A stretch of 64,000 bases of DNA, taken from assembly GCA_016196755.1 (NCBI GenBank), contig JACPXC010000039.1, positions 10,645 through 74,644 of the forward strand, read 5' to 3'. A program made the translations under genes and the position numbers. The notes under the pieces are model-generated. The model did not search any database and had not been told where the DNA came from. It was given only the letters and a program-made list of their open reading frames with translations. The number at the start of each line of letters is the position of its first letter. Position 1 is the stretch's first letter. This document shows positions 24,289-34,800 of the stretch, piece by piece. Origin of the DNA: Elusimicrobiota bacterium. GTDB taxonomy: Bacteria > Elusimicrobiota > Elusimicrobia > UBA1565.

Positions 24289-25381
24289 GACCCTCCGCCT
24301 CTCCGCCGAAGCCGCCCGCCTGCGCCGCGCCGGCCGCGACATCGTCAGCCTGCTCGAGGGCGAGCCCGACCTCCCGGTCCCGGCCGCGGCGCTCGGCGCC
24401 ACGGTCCGCGCCCTGAAGGCCGGCAAAACCGGCTACTCGGACTCGGCCGGCCTCCCCGAGCTGCGTTCGGCGATAGCGCGCAAGCTCCGGGCGCGCAACG
24501 GCGTCCCGGCGGTCCCCGAAGGGGTCCTCGTCACCAACGGCGCCAAGCAGGCCGTCTACGCGGCGCTCCAGACCTTGGCAGGGCCCGGCGACGAGGTCAT
24601 CGTCCCGCGGCCCGGCTGGGTGAGCTACCCTGAAGCCGTGCGCCTGGCCGGGGCGCGGCCGGTCTTCGCCGGCCTCGCCGGCGTCGCCGCCGCCGTCACC
24701 GCTCGCACCCGAGCGGTCGTCATCAACACCCCGAACAACCCCACCGGGGCCGTGGCGTCGGCCTCCGAGCTCAAAGCCTTGGTCCGGCTAGCCGAAAGGA
24801 AGGACCTCGTCCTGGTCTCCGACGAGGCCTATGAGGACCTGGTCTACGACGGCGTAAAGCACGTCAGCGCCGCCTCGCTGGGGCCGGCCGCCGCGCGCCG
24901 GACGCTGACCGTCCAGACTTTTTCCAAGAGCTGGTCCATGACCGGCTACCGCGTGGGCTTCCTCGCCGGGCCGGTCGAACTCGTCAGCGCCGCCGCGCGC
25001 ATGCACGGCCACATGACCGGCAACGTCTGCACCTTCGCCCAGCACGGCGCGCTGGCGGCGCTGGCCCTCCCCCCCGCCCAGCGCGAGCGCCGCCGGGCCG
25101 TCTACGAGCGCCGGCGCGACCTGGCCTGCGCGCTGGCCGCCCCGCTCTTCGACTTCACGATGCCCGAGGGCGCCTTGTTCATCCTGGCCGACGCGCGGCG
25201 TTGGCTGGGCGGACGCTTCAAGGACGACGCCGCGCTGGCCGGGCATCTGCTGCGGGCCGGCGTCGCCGTCGTCCCGGGCTCCGCGTTCGGCGCCCCGGGG
25301 CATCTGCGCCTGAGCTTCTGCGCCCCCGAGGCGCGCTTGAGCGAGGGCTTCCGCCGCCTCCGGGAGGCCCTGTGCCGCTAG
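24248..25381 (+). CDS. Class I/II PLP-dependent (aspartate/aromatic) aminotransferase
   Basis: GEPDLPVP..., YSDSAGLPELR, NPNNPTG-like INTPNNPTGAV, and the PLP-lysine region TFSKSWSMTGYRVGF. Confidence 0.85.
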   Translation: MRTSARARAAAGSETLRLSAEAARLRRAGRDIVSLLEGEPDLPVPAAALGATVRALKAGKTGYSDSAGLPELRSAIARKLRARNGVPAVPEGVLVTNGAKQAVYAALQTLAGPGDEVIVPRPGWVSYPEAVRLAGARPVFAGLAGVAAAVTARTRAVVINTPNNPTGAVASASELKALVRLAERKDLVLVSDEAYEDLVYDGVKHVSAASLGPAAARRTLTVQTFSKSWSMTGYRVGFLAGPVELVSAAARMHGHMTGNVCTFAQHGALAALALPPAQRERRRAVYERRRDLACALAAPLFDFTMPEGALFILADARRWLGGRFKDDAALAGHLLRAGVAVVPGSAFGAPGHLRLSFCAPEARLSEGFRRLREALCR

Positions 25382-26103
25382 GCATCATCGGCTTCGGCCG
25401 CCTCGGCGCCCTCCTGACCCGCCATCTGGCCGCCGACTGCGCCATCAAGGTCCACGAGAAGCGGCCCGGCTTTGCGGCGAGCATCAAGGCCGCCGGCGGC
25501 GAGCCCGCCTCGCTGGCCGAGGTCTGCCGCCAGGACGTCGTCGTCCCCTGCGTGCCGATCGCCGGATTCGAGGGCGTCCTGCGCCAGGTCCGCGGGCTCC
25601 TGCGCCCCGGGACCCTCGTGGTCGACGTCTGCTCGGTCAAAGAGCGGCCGGTGCGGCTCATGAAGGCGCTCTTGCCGCGCGCCGTCGAGATCCTGGCCAC
25701 GCATCCCAACTTCGGCCCCGACAGCGCCGCCGAGTCCCTGGGCGGCCGCCAGGTGGCCGTCTGCCGCGTGCGCATAGCGCCCGAACGCTACCGGCGCGTG
25801 AAGGCCTTCCTCGAGCGCAAAGGGCTCGAGCTCGTCGAGATGACCCCCAAGGAGCACGACAAGCGCATGGCCTCCTCGCTGCTCCTCACCCATTTCATAG
25901 GCCGCGCGCTGGTCGGCTTCGGCGCCCGGCCCACCGGCATGGACACCGAGGGCTTCAAGCGCCTCCTGCGCATCCTGCAGACAGTCAGCAACGACAGTTG
26001 GCAGCTCTTCGAGGACATGAACCGCTATAACGCCTACGCCCCGGCGATGCGCCGGCGCTTTCAGGCCTCGCTGCGCTCGGTGGACCGGAGGGTCTCGAGA
26101 TGA
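25372..26103 (+). CDS. tyrA: Prephenate/arogenate dehydrogenase
   Basis: Track ORF 25201-26103 trimmed to GTG 25372 (VPLGIIGFGRLGALL is a GxGxxG NAD fold). VDVCSVKE and HPNFGP motifs. Overlaps the aminotransferase stop by 10 nt. Confidence 0.75.
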   Translation: MPLGIIGFGRLGALLTRHLAADCAIKVHEKRPGFAASIKAAGGEPASLAEVCRQDVVVPCVPIAGFEGVLRQVRGLLRPGTLVVDVCSVKERPVRLMKALLPRAVEILATHPNFGPDSAAESLGGRQVAVCRVRIAPERYRRVKAFLERKGLELVEMTPKEHDKRMASSLLLTHFIGRALVGFGARPTGMDTEGFKRLLRILQTVSNDSWQLFEDMNRYNAYAPAMRRRFQASLRSVDRRVSR

Positions 26104-26924
26104 GAGTCGCCTACCAGGGGATGCGCGGCGCCTACAGCGAGGAGGCCGCCCTGCGCCACTTCGGCGCGCCCTGCCAGCCGGTGCCCTGTGCGTTTAGCGA
26201 GCAGGTCTTCGACGCCGTGGAATCCGGGTCGGCCGACTTCGGCCTGCTGCCGGTCGAGAACAGCATCGTCGGGCCGGTGACGGTCAACGAGGACCTCTTC
26301 CTCAGAAAACCGGCCTTCATCATCGCCGAGACCTACCTGCGCATCGAGCATTGCCTGCTCGGCTTGCCGGGCTCGGCGCTGACCAAGCTCAGCACGGTCT
26401 ACTCCCACCCGGTGGCGCTCGAGCAGTGCCGCGACTTCCTCGCCGCGCGCCACCTGGGCTCGATCCCGGAGTACGACACCGCCGGGGCCGCCGAGCTCGT
26501 GGCCTCGCGCGGGCGGCGCCAGGACGCCGCCATCGCCTCCAAACGCTGCGCCGAGGTCTACGGCCTGAGCGTCCTGGCCGAGAACATCCAGAACGCGCGC
26601 GAGAACTTCACGCGCTTTGCGGTCTTCGTGCGCTCCAACCGCATCCCTCCGGGGCAGGTCATGGAGAAGACCAGCATCGCCTTCAGCGCCAAGCACAAGC
26701 CGGGAGCCCTGCTCGACTGCCTGCGCCGCTTCGCCGAGAACGGCGTGAACCTTTTGAGGCTGGAGTCGCGCCCGGTGCCGGAGGACCCGTTCCAGTACAT
26801 CTTCCTGGCGGACTTGGTGGGCGGCCTCAAGGACGCGGGGCTGGCCGCCGCCCTCGAGGCGCTCTGCGGCGAGGCCGGCTTCGTGAAGGTCTTGGGAAGC
26901 TATCCGGCCGCGCCGCGGCCGTAG
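26100..26924 (+). CDS. pheA: Prephenate dehydratase with ACT domain
   Basis: MRVAYQGMRGAYSEEAA, LPVENSIVG, TRF and ESRP motifs. ATGA overlap with tyrA. Confidence 0.88.
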   Translation: MRVAYQGMRGAYSEEAALRHFGAPCQPVPCAFSEQVFDAVESGSADFGLLPVENSIVGPVTVNEDLFLRKPAFIIAETYLRIEHCLLGLPGSALTKLSTVYSHPVALEQCRDFLAARHLGSIPEYDTAGAAELVASRGRRQDAAIASKRCAEVYGLSVLAENIQNARENFTRFAVFVRSNRIPPGQVMEKTSIAFSAKHKPGALLDCLRRFAENGVNLLRLESRPVPEDPFQYIFLADLVGGLKDAGLAAALEALCGEAGFVKVLGSYPAAPRP

Positions 26925-27961
26925 GCTTCGAGCACCATCGTCTCGGTAGCCTCCCAGCCCAGGCAGGCGTCGGTGACCGAGACCCCATACTGAAGGCGGC
27001 CCAGCGGAGACCTCCCCTTCGGGATGGGCTGGCTGCCCCCCTTCAGGTTGCTCTCCACCATCAGCCCCATGAGGCTGGGAGCCTTCCCGGAGGCCTGCGC
27101 GAGGCAGGCGGCGAAGACGGAGGGCTGTCTTTCGGGGTCCTTCCCCGAGTTCCCGTGGCTGCAGTCGACCATGACCTTGGGCTTGAGGCCCGCCGCGCGC
27201 AGGGACTCGGCGCAGGACTCCACGGTGGCGCGGTCGTAGTTCGGCTCCCGCCCGCCGCGCAGGACGACGTGGCTGTGCGGGTTTCCCTTCGTGCGGTACA
27301 CCGAGATGCGTCCCTGGGGATCGAGGCCGAGGAAGTGATGCGGCCGGAGCGCCGCCTTCATCGCGTCGAGCGCCACCTGGATGTCGCCGTTGGTGCCGTT
27401 CTTGAAGCCCACCGGCGAGGAGAGTCCGCTGGCCAGCTCGCGGTGGGTCTGAGACTCGATCGTGCGCGCGCCGATGGCGTGCCAGGAGACCAGCTCGGAG
27501 AGATACTGCGGCGTGATGGGGTCGAGCGCCTCGGAGGCCGCCGGCAGGCCGAGCTCGGTGATCTTGCACAGGAGCTTGCGGGCCAAGATCAGGCCGTCCT
27601 CCAGGTGGAACGAGTCGTCGAGATAGGGGTCGTTGATGAGGCCCTTCCAGCCGACCGTGGTGCGCGGCTTCTCGAAGTACACGCGCATCGCCACGAGGAA
27701 GCGGTCGGCCACGCGGTCGGCGAGACCCGACAGGCGCTGCGCGTACTCGAGGGCGGCCTTGGGGTCGTGGATCGAGCAGGGGCCGACGATGAGGAGCAGG
27801 CGCTCGTCCTTGCCGTCCAGGATGTCGCGGATGGCGGCCCGGCCGCGCTCGACGGTTTCGCGGCTGGCCTTCGACATCGGCAGGCGCTCGCGCACCCGGC
27901 GCGGGGTGGGCAGGAGGGTATGCCCCAGGATGTTTACGTTGTCGAGCTTGGCTTTGGCCAC
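26900..27961 (-). CDS. 3-deoxy-7-phosphoheptulonate (DAHP) synthase, class I
   Basis: LLLIVGPCSIHDPKAALEYAQRL, KPRTTVGWKGL, DCSHGNS: class I-alpha DAHPS motifs. Convergent 25-nt overlap with pheA. Confidence 0.9.
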   Translation of the reverse strand: MAKAKLDNVNILGHTLLPTPRRVRERLPMSKASRETVERGRAAIRDILDGKDERLLLIVGPCSIHDPKAALEYAQRLSGLADRVADRFLVAMRVYFEKPRTTVGWKGLINDPYLDDSFHLEDGLILARKLLCKITELGLPAASEALDPITPQYLSELVSWHAIGARTIESQTHRELASGLSSPVGFKNGTNGDIQVALDAMKAALRPHHFLGLDPQGRISVYRTKGNPHSHVVLRGGREPNYDRATVESCAESLRAAGLKPKVMVDCSHGNSGKDPERQPSVFAACLAQASGKAPSLMGLMVESNLKGGSQPIPKGRSPLGRLQYGVSVTDACLGWEATETMVLEAYGRGAAG

Positions 27962-27983
27962 GGGTGGTCCCGCGACCAGGATA

Positions 27984-28862
27984 TCAGAAGCGCGAGCCCA
28001 GGGAGAAGCGGTGCGTATTGCCGAGCTCGCCCATCGGGAGCACGCCGTAGGACAGCTCCCAGCGCTCGTTCTTGAAGCCCATGCCCAGCGTCAGACCGCG
28101 CACGGCGTCGAACCCCGAGCCGCCGGCGACGTTCCGGGTCGTGTAGCCGGCGCGGACGAATACGGCCTCGAGCGCCTGGTATTCCCCGCCTATGGATACC
28201 ACGCTGCCCGCGCCGCGCGGACCGTTGACGAGTTCCGCCGCCAGCGCGTGGCCGCCCGTCAGACGATACGCCCCGCCGAAGGCCAGCCGCAGCGGCAGGT
28301 CGTCGCGTTCGGTGTCGTACTTGAGCCCGCGCCCCACGTTCCGGAGCGCGGCCCCGAGGGTCAGCGCACCCAGCGCCCGGCGCAGTCCGGCGTCCAGGCC
28401 GACGCCCTGCGCCTCGGCCGACCCGATGTGCCCGCGGATGTATTTGACGGCAACCCCGTAATCCGCCAGGCCGCCCTTGGCGGCATAGGCTAGGCTGACG
28501 GCCGTGTCGGACGCCTCGAAGCCGCCGGTGGGCCGCCCCAAGGCGTCGCGGCCCTCCAGCTCGCCGTGACTGAGATGGGTCAAGCCGCCCGCGAAGGTTC
28601 CGCGCTCCGTAGGATACGCGAAGGCGAGGAAATCGTGCCGGGTCCGCAGCGCCAGCTCCGCGTGGCTGACCGCCGCCTCGCGCCTCTTGAGCGCCGCCAG
28701 GCCGGCGGGGTTCCAGTACAGGGAGTGGGCGTCCTCGCCGAGCGCCGTGTAGGCGCCGCCCAGCGCCAGCGCGCGCGCGCCGATCCCCAGATCGAGGAAG
28801 GCGGCGGTCTCGGCCCCGCGGGCGGGCGCGGCGAAGAGCAGGAGGAGGGCCAGGGTCTTCAT
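27984..28862 (-). CDS. PorV/PorQ-family (UPF0164-like) outer-membrane beta-barrel protein
   Basis: Track ORF 27984-28964 trimmed to ATG 28862 (MKTLALLLLFAAPARGAE). FLDLGIGARALALGGAYTALGEDAHSLYWNPAGLA matches the family N-terminal signature as I remember it. Ends in an aromatic (..HRFSLGSRF). ATGA overlap with the giant gene stop. Confidence 0.65.
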   Translation of the reverse strand: MKTLALLLLFAAPARGAETAAFLDLGIGARALALGGAYTALGEDAHSLYWNPAGLAALKRREAAVSHAELALRTRHDFLAFAYPTERGTFAGGLTHLSHGELEGRDALGRPTGGFEASDTAVSLAYAAKGGLADYGVAVKYIRGHIGSAEAQGVGLDAGLRRALGALTLGAALRNVGRGLKYDTERDDLPLRLAFGGAYRLTGGHALAAELVNGPRGAGSVVSIGGEYQALEAVFVRAGYTTRNVAGGSGFDAVRGLTLGMGFKNERWELSYGVLPMGELGNTHRFSLGSRF

Positions 28863-31800
28863 TTGACGATGGCCAGCTTCCCGGTCCGAGTCTCGGTCTG
28901 TCCGTCCTTGCGCGCCGCCACGACGTAGAAATAGACGCCGGAGCCGATGCCCGAAACGTCCCATAGGTGCTCGTAGGTGAACTGCGGCCCCAGCCCGTTG
29001 CCGTCGTCGAAGGCCCCCCGGTCGGTGAATTCCGACGAGGAATGGACCAGGCGGCCGGTCAGGTCGTAGACGCGCACATCGGCGCCGCCGGCCAGGCCCG
29101 GCTGGAGCCGGAAGGTGGCGGCCTTCACGCCGCGCACGGGGTTGGGGAAGATATAAGCCGCCTTGAAGCCGAACCCCGGGTCGGCGACGGCGGGGAACGC
29201 CCCTTCCTGCCGCGCCTTGGGGTCAGGGGCGAAGGCCGACAGCCCGGCTCCGCCTCCAGCGGGAGCCGTCGAGACGCCCTGCGAAAAGACCGCGTCGACC
29301 CAGTAGTTCGTGGCCTGATAGCCGTTCACCGGGAACGCCGGAGCCGCGCCATACACGTAGCGCCCGTTGAGAGCTCCGGGCGCGTTGGCGGGCGCATGGA
29401 GCGGCGGGCTCTCGCGAGGGACGGTGAAGTAGTTGCGCGTCGCCGCGTAGCCCGTCGGCGAGTGGTAAGCCGCGACATAGACCGTGTTCGAGGCCACGGC
29501 GATGGGAGCGGGGAAAGCCGTCGTCTGCCAGCCGGTGGACGTCTCGTTGGCGAAGGGGGCCGAGCCGAGCAGGCCGCCGGTGCTCGTGTAGAGGCGGGCC
29601 GTGTGCGGGCCGTTGTTGCCGCTCACCTTGAAGAACCGCACGCCCGTGACGAACCCCGGCACGTCCGCGAAGAAGCGCACTCCGAGGGTCAGCGGGTTGG
29701 GGTCGAGGTAGAACTCGTTGCTCGCCGGGCCCTGGGTCGTCCAGAGCGAGGCCGTCGCAGTCGAGGACGGCGACGGAGAGGGGCTCGGCCCGAGGTCGGA
29801 GCCGTCCGGAGCGTAGACCGTGAAATCGTCGAAGGAAAACTCGGTATGGTCGCCGCGCAGGCCCACGGCGCCCGGATCCCGGAGGACCCGCCCGAAATTC
29901 CCCCAATCGACGAGCGACCAGGTCTTGCCGTAGGCGTCGAGCGTCAGCTCGACGGAGCCGTCGGCGAGGTTGACCGCGCGCGCCCGTACCGTCTGCGTCG
30001 AGCCGAACGGGATGGGATCGTTGCTGGCGAGCAGAAGGTACGTCTGCGCGCCGTCGACCACCTTGCCGATGCCGATGCCGCCGGTGTTGTCGTTGAACTG
30101 CAGGAAGTAGTAGTCGGTCGTGGGCGTGACCCGGAGCAGCACCCGCAGTCCGTCGCGGAAGACGGCCCGCGGCATCCCATGGTTGACGACGTTGAGCTGC
30201 ACGGCCACTTCGCCGAAATCGCCCCGCTGGGTCTGAAGCCGGATGAAGTCGTTTCCCGTCCCGTTGGTGGAGCCCGCGTTCGGCCGGACGTCGTCGTTGA
30301 CGCCGGTCCAGCCTTGGTTGCCGTTGGCGAAGAGCGACCCGACGCGCACCTTCCAGACGTCGGATTTGACGGAGGCCGGGTCGTTAGGGTTGTTCGTCGC
30401 GTACTCGTTGGTGATCAGGCCGTTGGGCCGCGTGAAGGTCTCCGAGAAGATCACGACTCCCGGCGTGAAGGTGGGCTTGACGGTGAACAGGAGCTCGTTG
30501 GACTCGCCGCCTCCGGGAGCCGGGTTGAAGACCGTGACCCTGACCGTCTGCGCAGCGGCGATGTCGCTTGCGGGGATCTCGGCGTTCAAGCCCCCCTCGT
30601 CGAGGAAAGTGGTCGCGCGCGGCGATCCGTTCCAGCGCACGGCCGCGCCCGGCACGAAGCGGCCGCCGCGGACGTGCAAAGTAAAGCCCGGGCCGCCGGC
30701 CTCGGCCGCCGCCCGCGGCGCGAAGCCGGACGGCGGGTAGACCACGGGCACCGGGTTCTGCACCGGGCAAGGACCGGAGCAGGGGACGTAGAGCTCGGCG
30801 CTGGAGAGGTATTCGTCGGCTCTCCCGCCCGTGGCTAGGACCCTGCCGTCGGCCAGGAGCAGCGCTCGATGGGCGCCGCGCTGCGTCGTCATGTGGGCGG
30901 CGGGCCGCCAGGTCCCATTGGCGGGATCATAGAGCTCCGCGCTGGAGAGCCCGGTGCCGCTTTCGTTTTCTCCCCCGGCCGCCAGGACTAAGCCCTCGGG
31001 CAGGAGAGTGGCCTCATGGCGCCAACGGTTGAGCGCCATGGGGCCGGTCGCGGACCAAAGGCCGGTGGCGGGATCGTAGAGTTCGGCGCCGGCGGCCGGC
31101 CGCCCGCCCGAGACCAGGACCCTGCCGTCGGCCAAGAGCGTGGCGGAGTGCCCCGTACGCGCCGCGCCCATCGAGCCGGTGTCCGACCAGGTCCCGGCGG
31201 CCGGATCGTAGAGCTCGCTGAGCTCTCCTCCCGCGGCCAGGACCTTGCCGTTTTGGAGGAGTGTGAACGAGACGGCGCCTCCCCCGGCCCTGGAACCGGT
31301 CGGCCCCCAGACGCCGGTAGCGGGATCGTATAACTGCGCGCTCCCGTCGCCGGCGACCGCGAGCACCTTTCCGTTGGGCAAGAGCGCTCCCAGCCCGCGA
31401 AGCGCGGACATGGAGCCGGTGGGGCTGAACGTGCCCAGGGCGGGGTCAAAGAGCTCGGCGCTTACATTGAATCCATCCGAGTTGCCTCCTCCGAACACCA
31501 AGACCTTCCCGTTGGGCAGGAGGGCGGCTGAATGGCCGTAGCGTTGATCGGCCATGAAGCCGGTGACCGTAAAAGAGCCCGTAGCCGGATCATAAACCTC
31601 GGCCGTGTTGGTGGGATCGCTTCCGCCGCCGGTCACCAGCACCCGCCCGTCCGGCAGGCGAGTCATGGTATGGGATTGGCGCACCGCGGGCATGGGACCC
31701 GTAGCCGCCCACTCGCGCGCGCCCGGAGCGGCCGCCGGCTGAGTGGAGATGGCAAGGTTGCAGGCCGTCTCGCTGCCGGTAGCGGCGAAGAGCCCGAGGT

Positions 31801-34800
31801 TGTCGAGCGTCCCGACCGCGCCCTGCTCGGTCCGGAACGCAAAATTCCCGCCGACCAGCTGCTCGGGCGAAGCGCCAGTCCTCACGAAGGCGGAATAGGT
31901 ATGGGCCGGGACGTCCACCGCCAGCCTGAAACGGTACGCGGTCCCGGCGCTGTAGGGGATCGGGGCGGCCGCCGCGTACGCGCCGCCGTTGCGCGCGTCG
32001 ATGAAGCCCGCCGGGTTGAAGCGGACGATCGAGGCCACCGCCGGATAGTCGGCCGCGGGGCCGTTGGAGAACCCCGCCACCCCGTCCATGCCGGCCTGAC
32101 CGGGGGTGGCGTCGAAGGTCGCTTCGAAGGACCCCGCCTGCGGCGAGAACGGCCGGTTCTGCCACGACCCCGCGCTGCTAAAGCAGGTCGGGTTGGGGGC
32201 GGGAACCGTCGAGACGTCTTGAGAAAAGACCGCGTCGACCCAGTAGTTCGTGGCCTGGAAGCCGTTCACAGGGAACGCCGGCGCCGCGCCATAGACGTAG
32301 CGCCCGTTGAGGGCCCCGGGCGCGTTGGCGGGCGCATGGAGCGGAGGGCTCTCGCGCGGGATGGTGAAGTAGTTGCGCGTCGCCGCGTAGCCTGTCGGCG
32401 AGTGGTAAGCCGCGACATAGACCGTGTTCGAGGCCACGGCGATGGGCACGGGGAATGACGTCGTCTGCCAGCCGGTGGACGTCTCGTTGGAGAAGGGGGC
32501 CGAGCCGAGCAGCCCGCCGGTGCTCGTGTAGAGGCGCGCCGTATGCGGGCCGTTGTTGCCGCTGACCTTGAAGAACCGGACGCCCTTGACGACCCCCGGC
32601 ACGTCCGAGAAGAAGCGCACGCCTAGGGTCAGCGGGTTGGGGTCTAGGTAGAACTCGTCATTCGCCGGGCCCTGGGTCGTCCAGAGCGAGGCTGTCGCGG
32701 TCGAGGAGGCCGGTGGAGGCGCGCTGGCGGCGAAGACCGTGAAGGCCGCGGCGTTTGAAACGCCTCCCTCGCCGCCGGGGACCGGGTTGAACACCGTGAC
32801 CGAAGCGGTGCCCGTTGACGCGACGTCGCCGGAGGAAATACTCGCGGTCAAGGTCGAGCCGCTGATGAAGGTCTTGGGCCTGCTCGAGCCGTTCCATCGC
32901 ACGACTGAATCGGGCGTGAAGTTGCCCCCGTTGACCGTCAGCGTAAAACCGGGCCCTCCGGCCGTCGCCGAGTTAGGCGAGAGTCCCGTGATGGAAGGCG
33001 CTGTCACGGACAAAGGCGCGCTGCCGCTCACCGAGCCGGAGGAGGCTATGATCCGCGCGGACCCGCCCGCCAGCCCAGTCGCGAACCCATACGCCGTCAC
33101 GGTGGCCACCGAAGGCGCGTCGCTCGACCAGCCGACCCCGGTCGGGCTCGGGTCGAAGACCTCCAGCGCGCTCCCGTTGCCTGTAGGGTCCGTGCCGCCG
33201 GCGACGTAGAGCTTGCCGGCGATAGCGGCGGCGGCGGGTCCGCCGCGCGCGGTGGGCATCGGCGGGCCCGGAGCCCAGACGTTGGCCGCCGGGTCATAGA
33301 CCCACAGGGCGTTGACCGGCTGGCTCGCGCCGTCCATGCCGCCGGCTAAGTACCATTTCCCGTTTATGACGTCGCCCGCCATCGCCGAGAGGACGGCCGG
33401 CATGCTGGCGCCCGTCGTCCACGCATTGGTCCCAGGGTCGTAAACGTCCACCTCCGGCCGGACGACGACGTCCTGGCCTCCGGTCACGTAGAACTTCCCC
33501 GCGATGGCGGTCCCCACGCCTCCGGCATGGGGCCGAGGCGCGTCGGGACCCGCCGTCCATGTTTGGGCTACGGTGTCGAAGATGTAGAGGCTCCGTTTGA
33601 AGCCCGCGAAGCCGTTGCAGGCGCTGAGCAGGTAGATCTTCGTCCCGATGACCGCGGCCTGGGAGCAGGCCGAGCGTTCCGGAACCGTCGGCCCGGCGCT
33701 CCAGGAGTTCAGGGCCGGATCGTAGACCGAGACCGTGTCGCTGGGCAAGGCCGGCGAGGTGGTCCACCCCCCGATCATGTAGATCTTGCCGCCGACGGCC
33801 GCCGCCGATCCTTGGTAGCGTCCCCGGTTGGCGCCCGGCGTCGGGGAGGAGACCGTGCTGTTAGGGGCGTTCAGCGGGGCCTTCGTCGACCATGAGTCGG
33901 CCGAAGGAGCGTACGCTTCCACGGTCGTCGTGTCGCTGGCGACATAGCCGCCGATGGCGTAGAGGACGCCGCCCGACGCGGCGCCCTGTAGGTCGCGGCG
34001 TCCCGACGGGAGCGGGGCTAACCCCGACCACGGGCCGGAGAGCGTGAGCGTCGAGCCGTCCGTATAGGTGCCGATCGCCCTGAAGGCCTGGCGCATGCCG
34101 ACCATCACCGCCGCGCTCGAGGGCGTGACGGAGATAGCGGCCAAGGAGGGAGATCCCCCGGGGCCCGTCGATATGGCGAGGTTGCAGACGGTTTCGCTTC
34201 CGGTAGCGGCGAAGAGCCCCAGGTTGTTGAGCGCCGCCACCGCGCCCTGCTCGGTCCGAAAAGCAAAATTGTTCCCCACCAGTTGCTCCGAACCCGCCCC
34301 GGACCGCACGAAGGCCGAATAGGTGTGGGCGGGTACGTTCACGGCCAGCCTGAAGCTGTAGGCGGTCCCGGCGCTGTAGGGGATCGAAGCGGCCGCCGCG
34401 TACGCGCCGCCGTTGCGGGCGTCGATGAAGCCCGCCGGGTTGAAGCGGACGATGGAGGCCACGGCCGGGTAGTCGGACGCGGGGCCGTTGGAAAAACCGC
34501 CCACGCCGTCCATCCCTGCCTGCCCGGGAGTGGCGTCGAAGGTCGCCTCGAATGAATCCGTCTGCGACGTGAAAGGACGGTTCTGCCAGGTTCCCGCGCT
34601 GGAGAAGCAGGTGGGATTGGGAGCGGGAACGGTCGAGGCGTTCTGAAAGAAGACCGCGTCGACCCAGTAGTTCGTGGCCTGGAAGCCGTTGACCGGGAAC
34701 GCCGGCGCCGCGCCGTAGACGTAGCGTCCGTTAAGGGCCCCGGGAGCGGTGGCGGGCGCATGGAGCGGAGGACTGTCGCGCGGGACGGTGAAGTAGTCGC

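Noticed and set aside
23986-27961. Aromatic amino-acid gene cluster (chorismate mutase, aminotransferase, tyrA, pheA, convergent DAHP synthase) as something unusual
   Set aside because: The content and order are ordinary. A monofunctional AroQ mutase separate from PheA is common. There are only routine overlaps.
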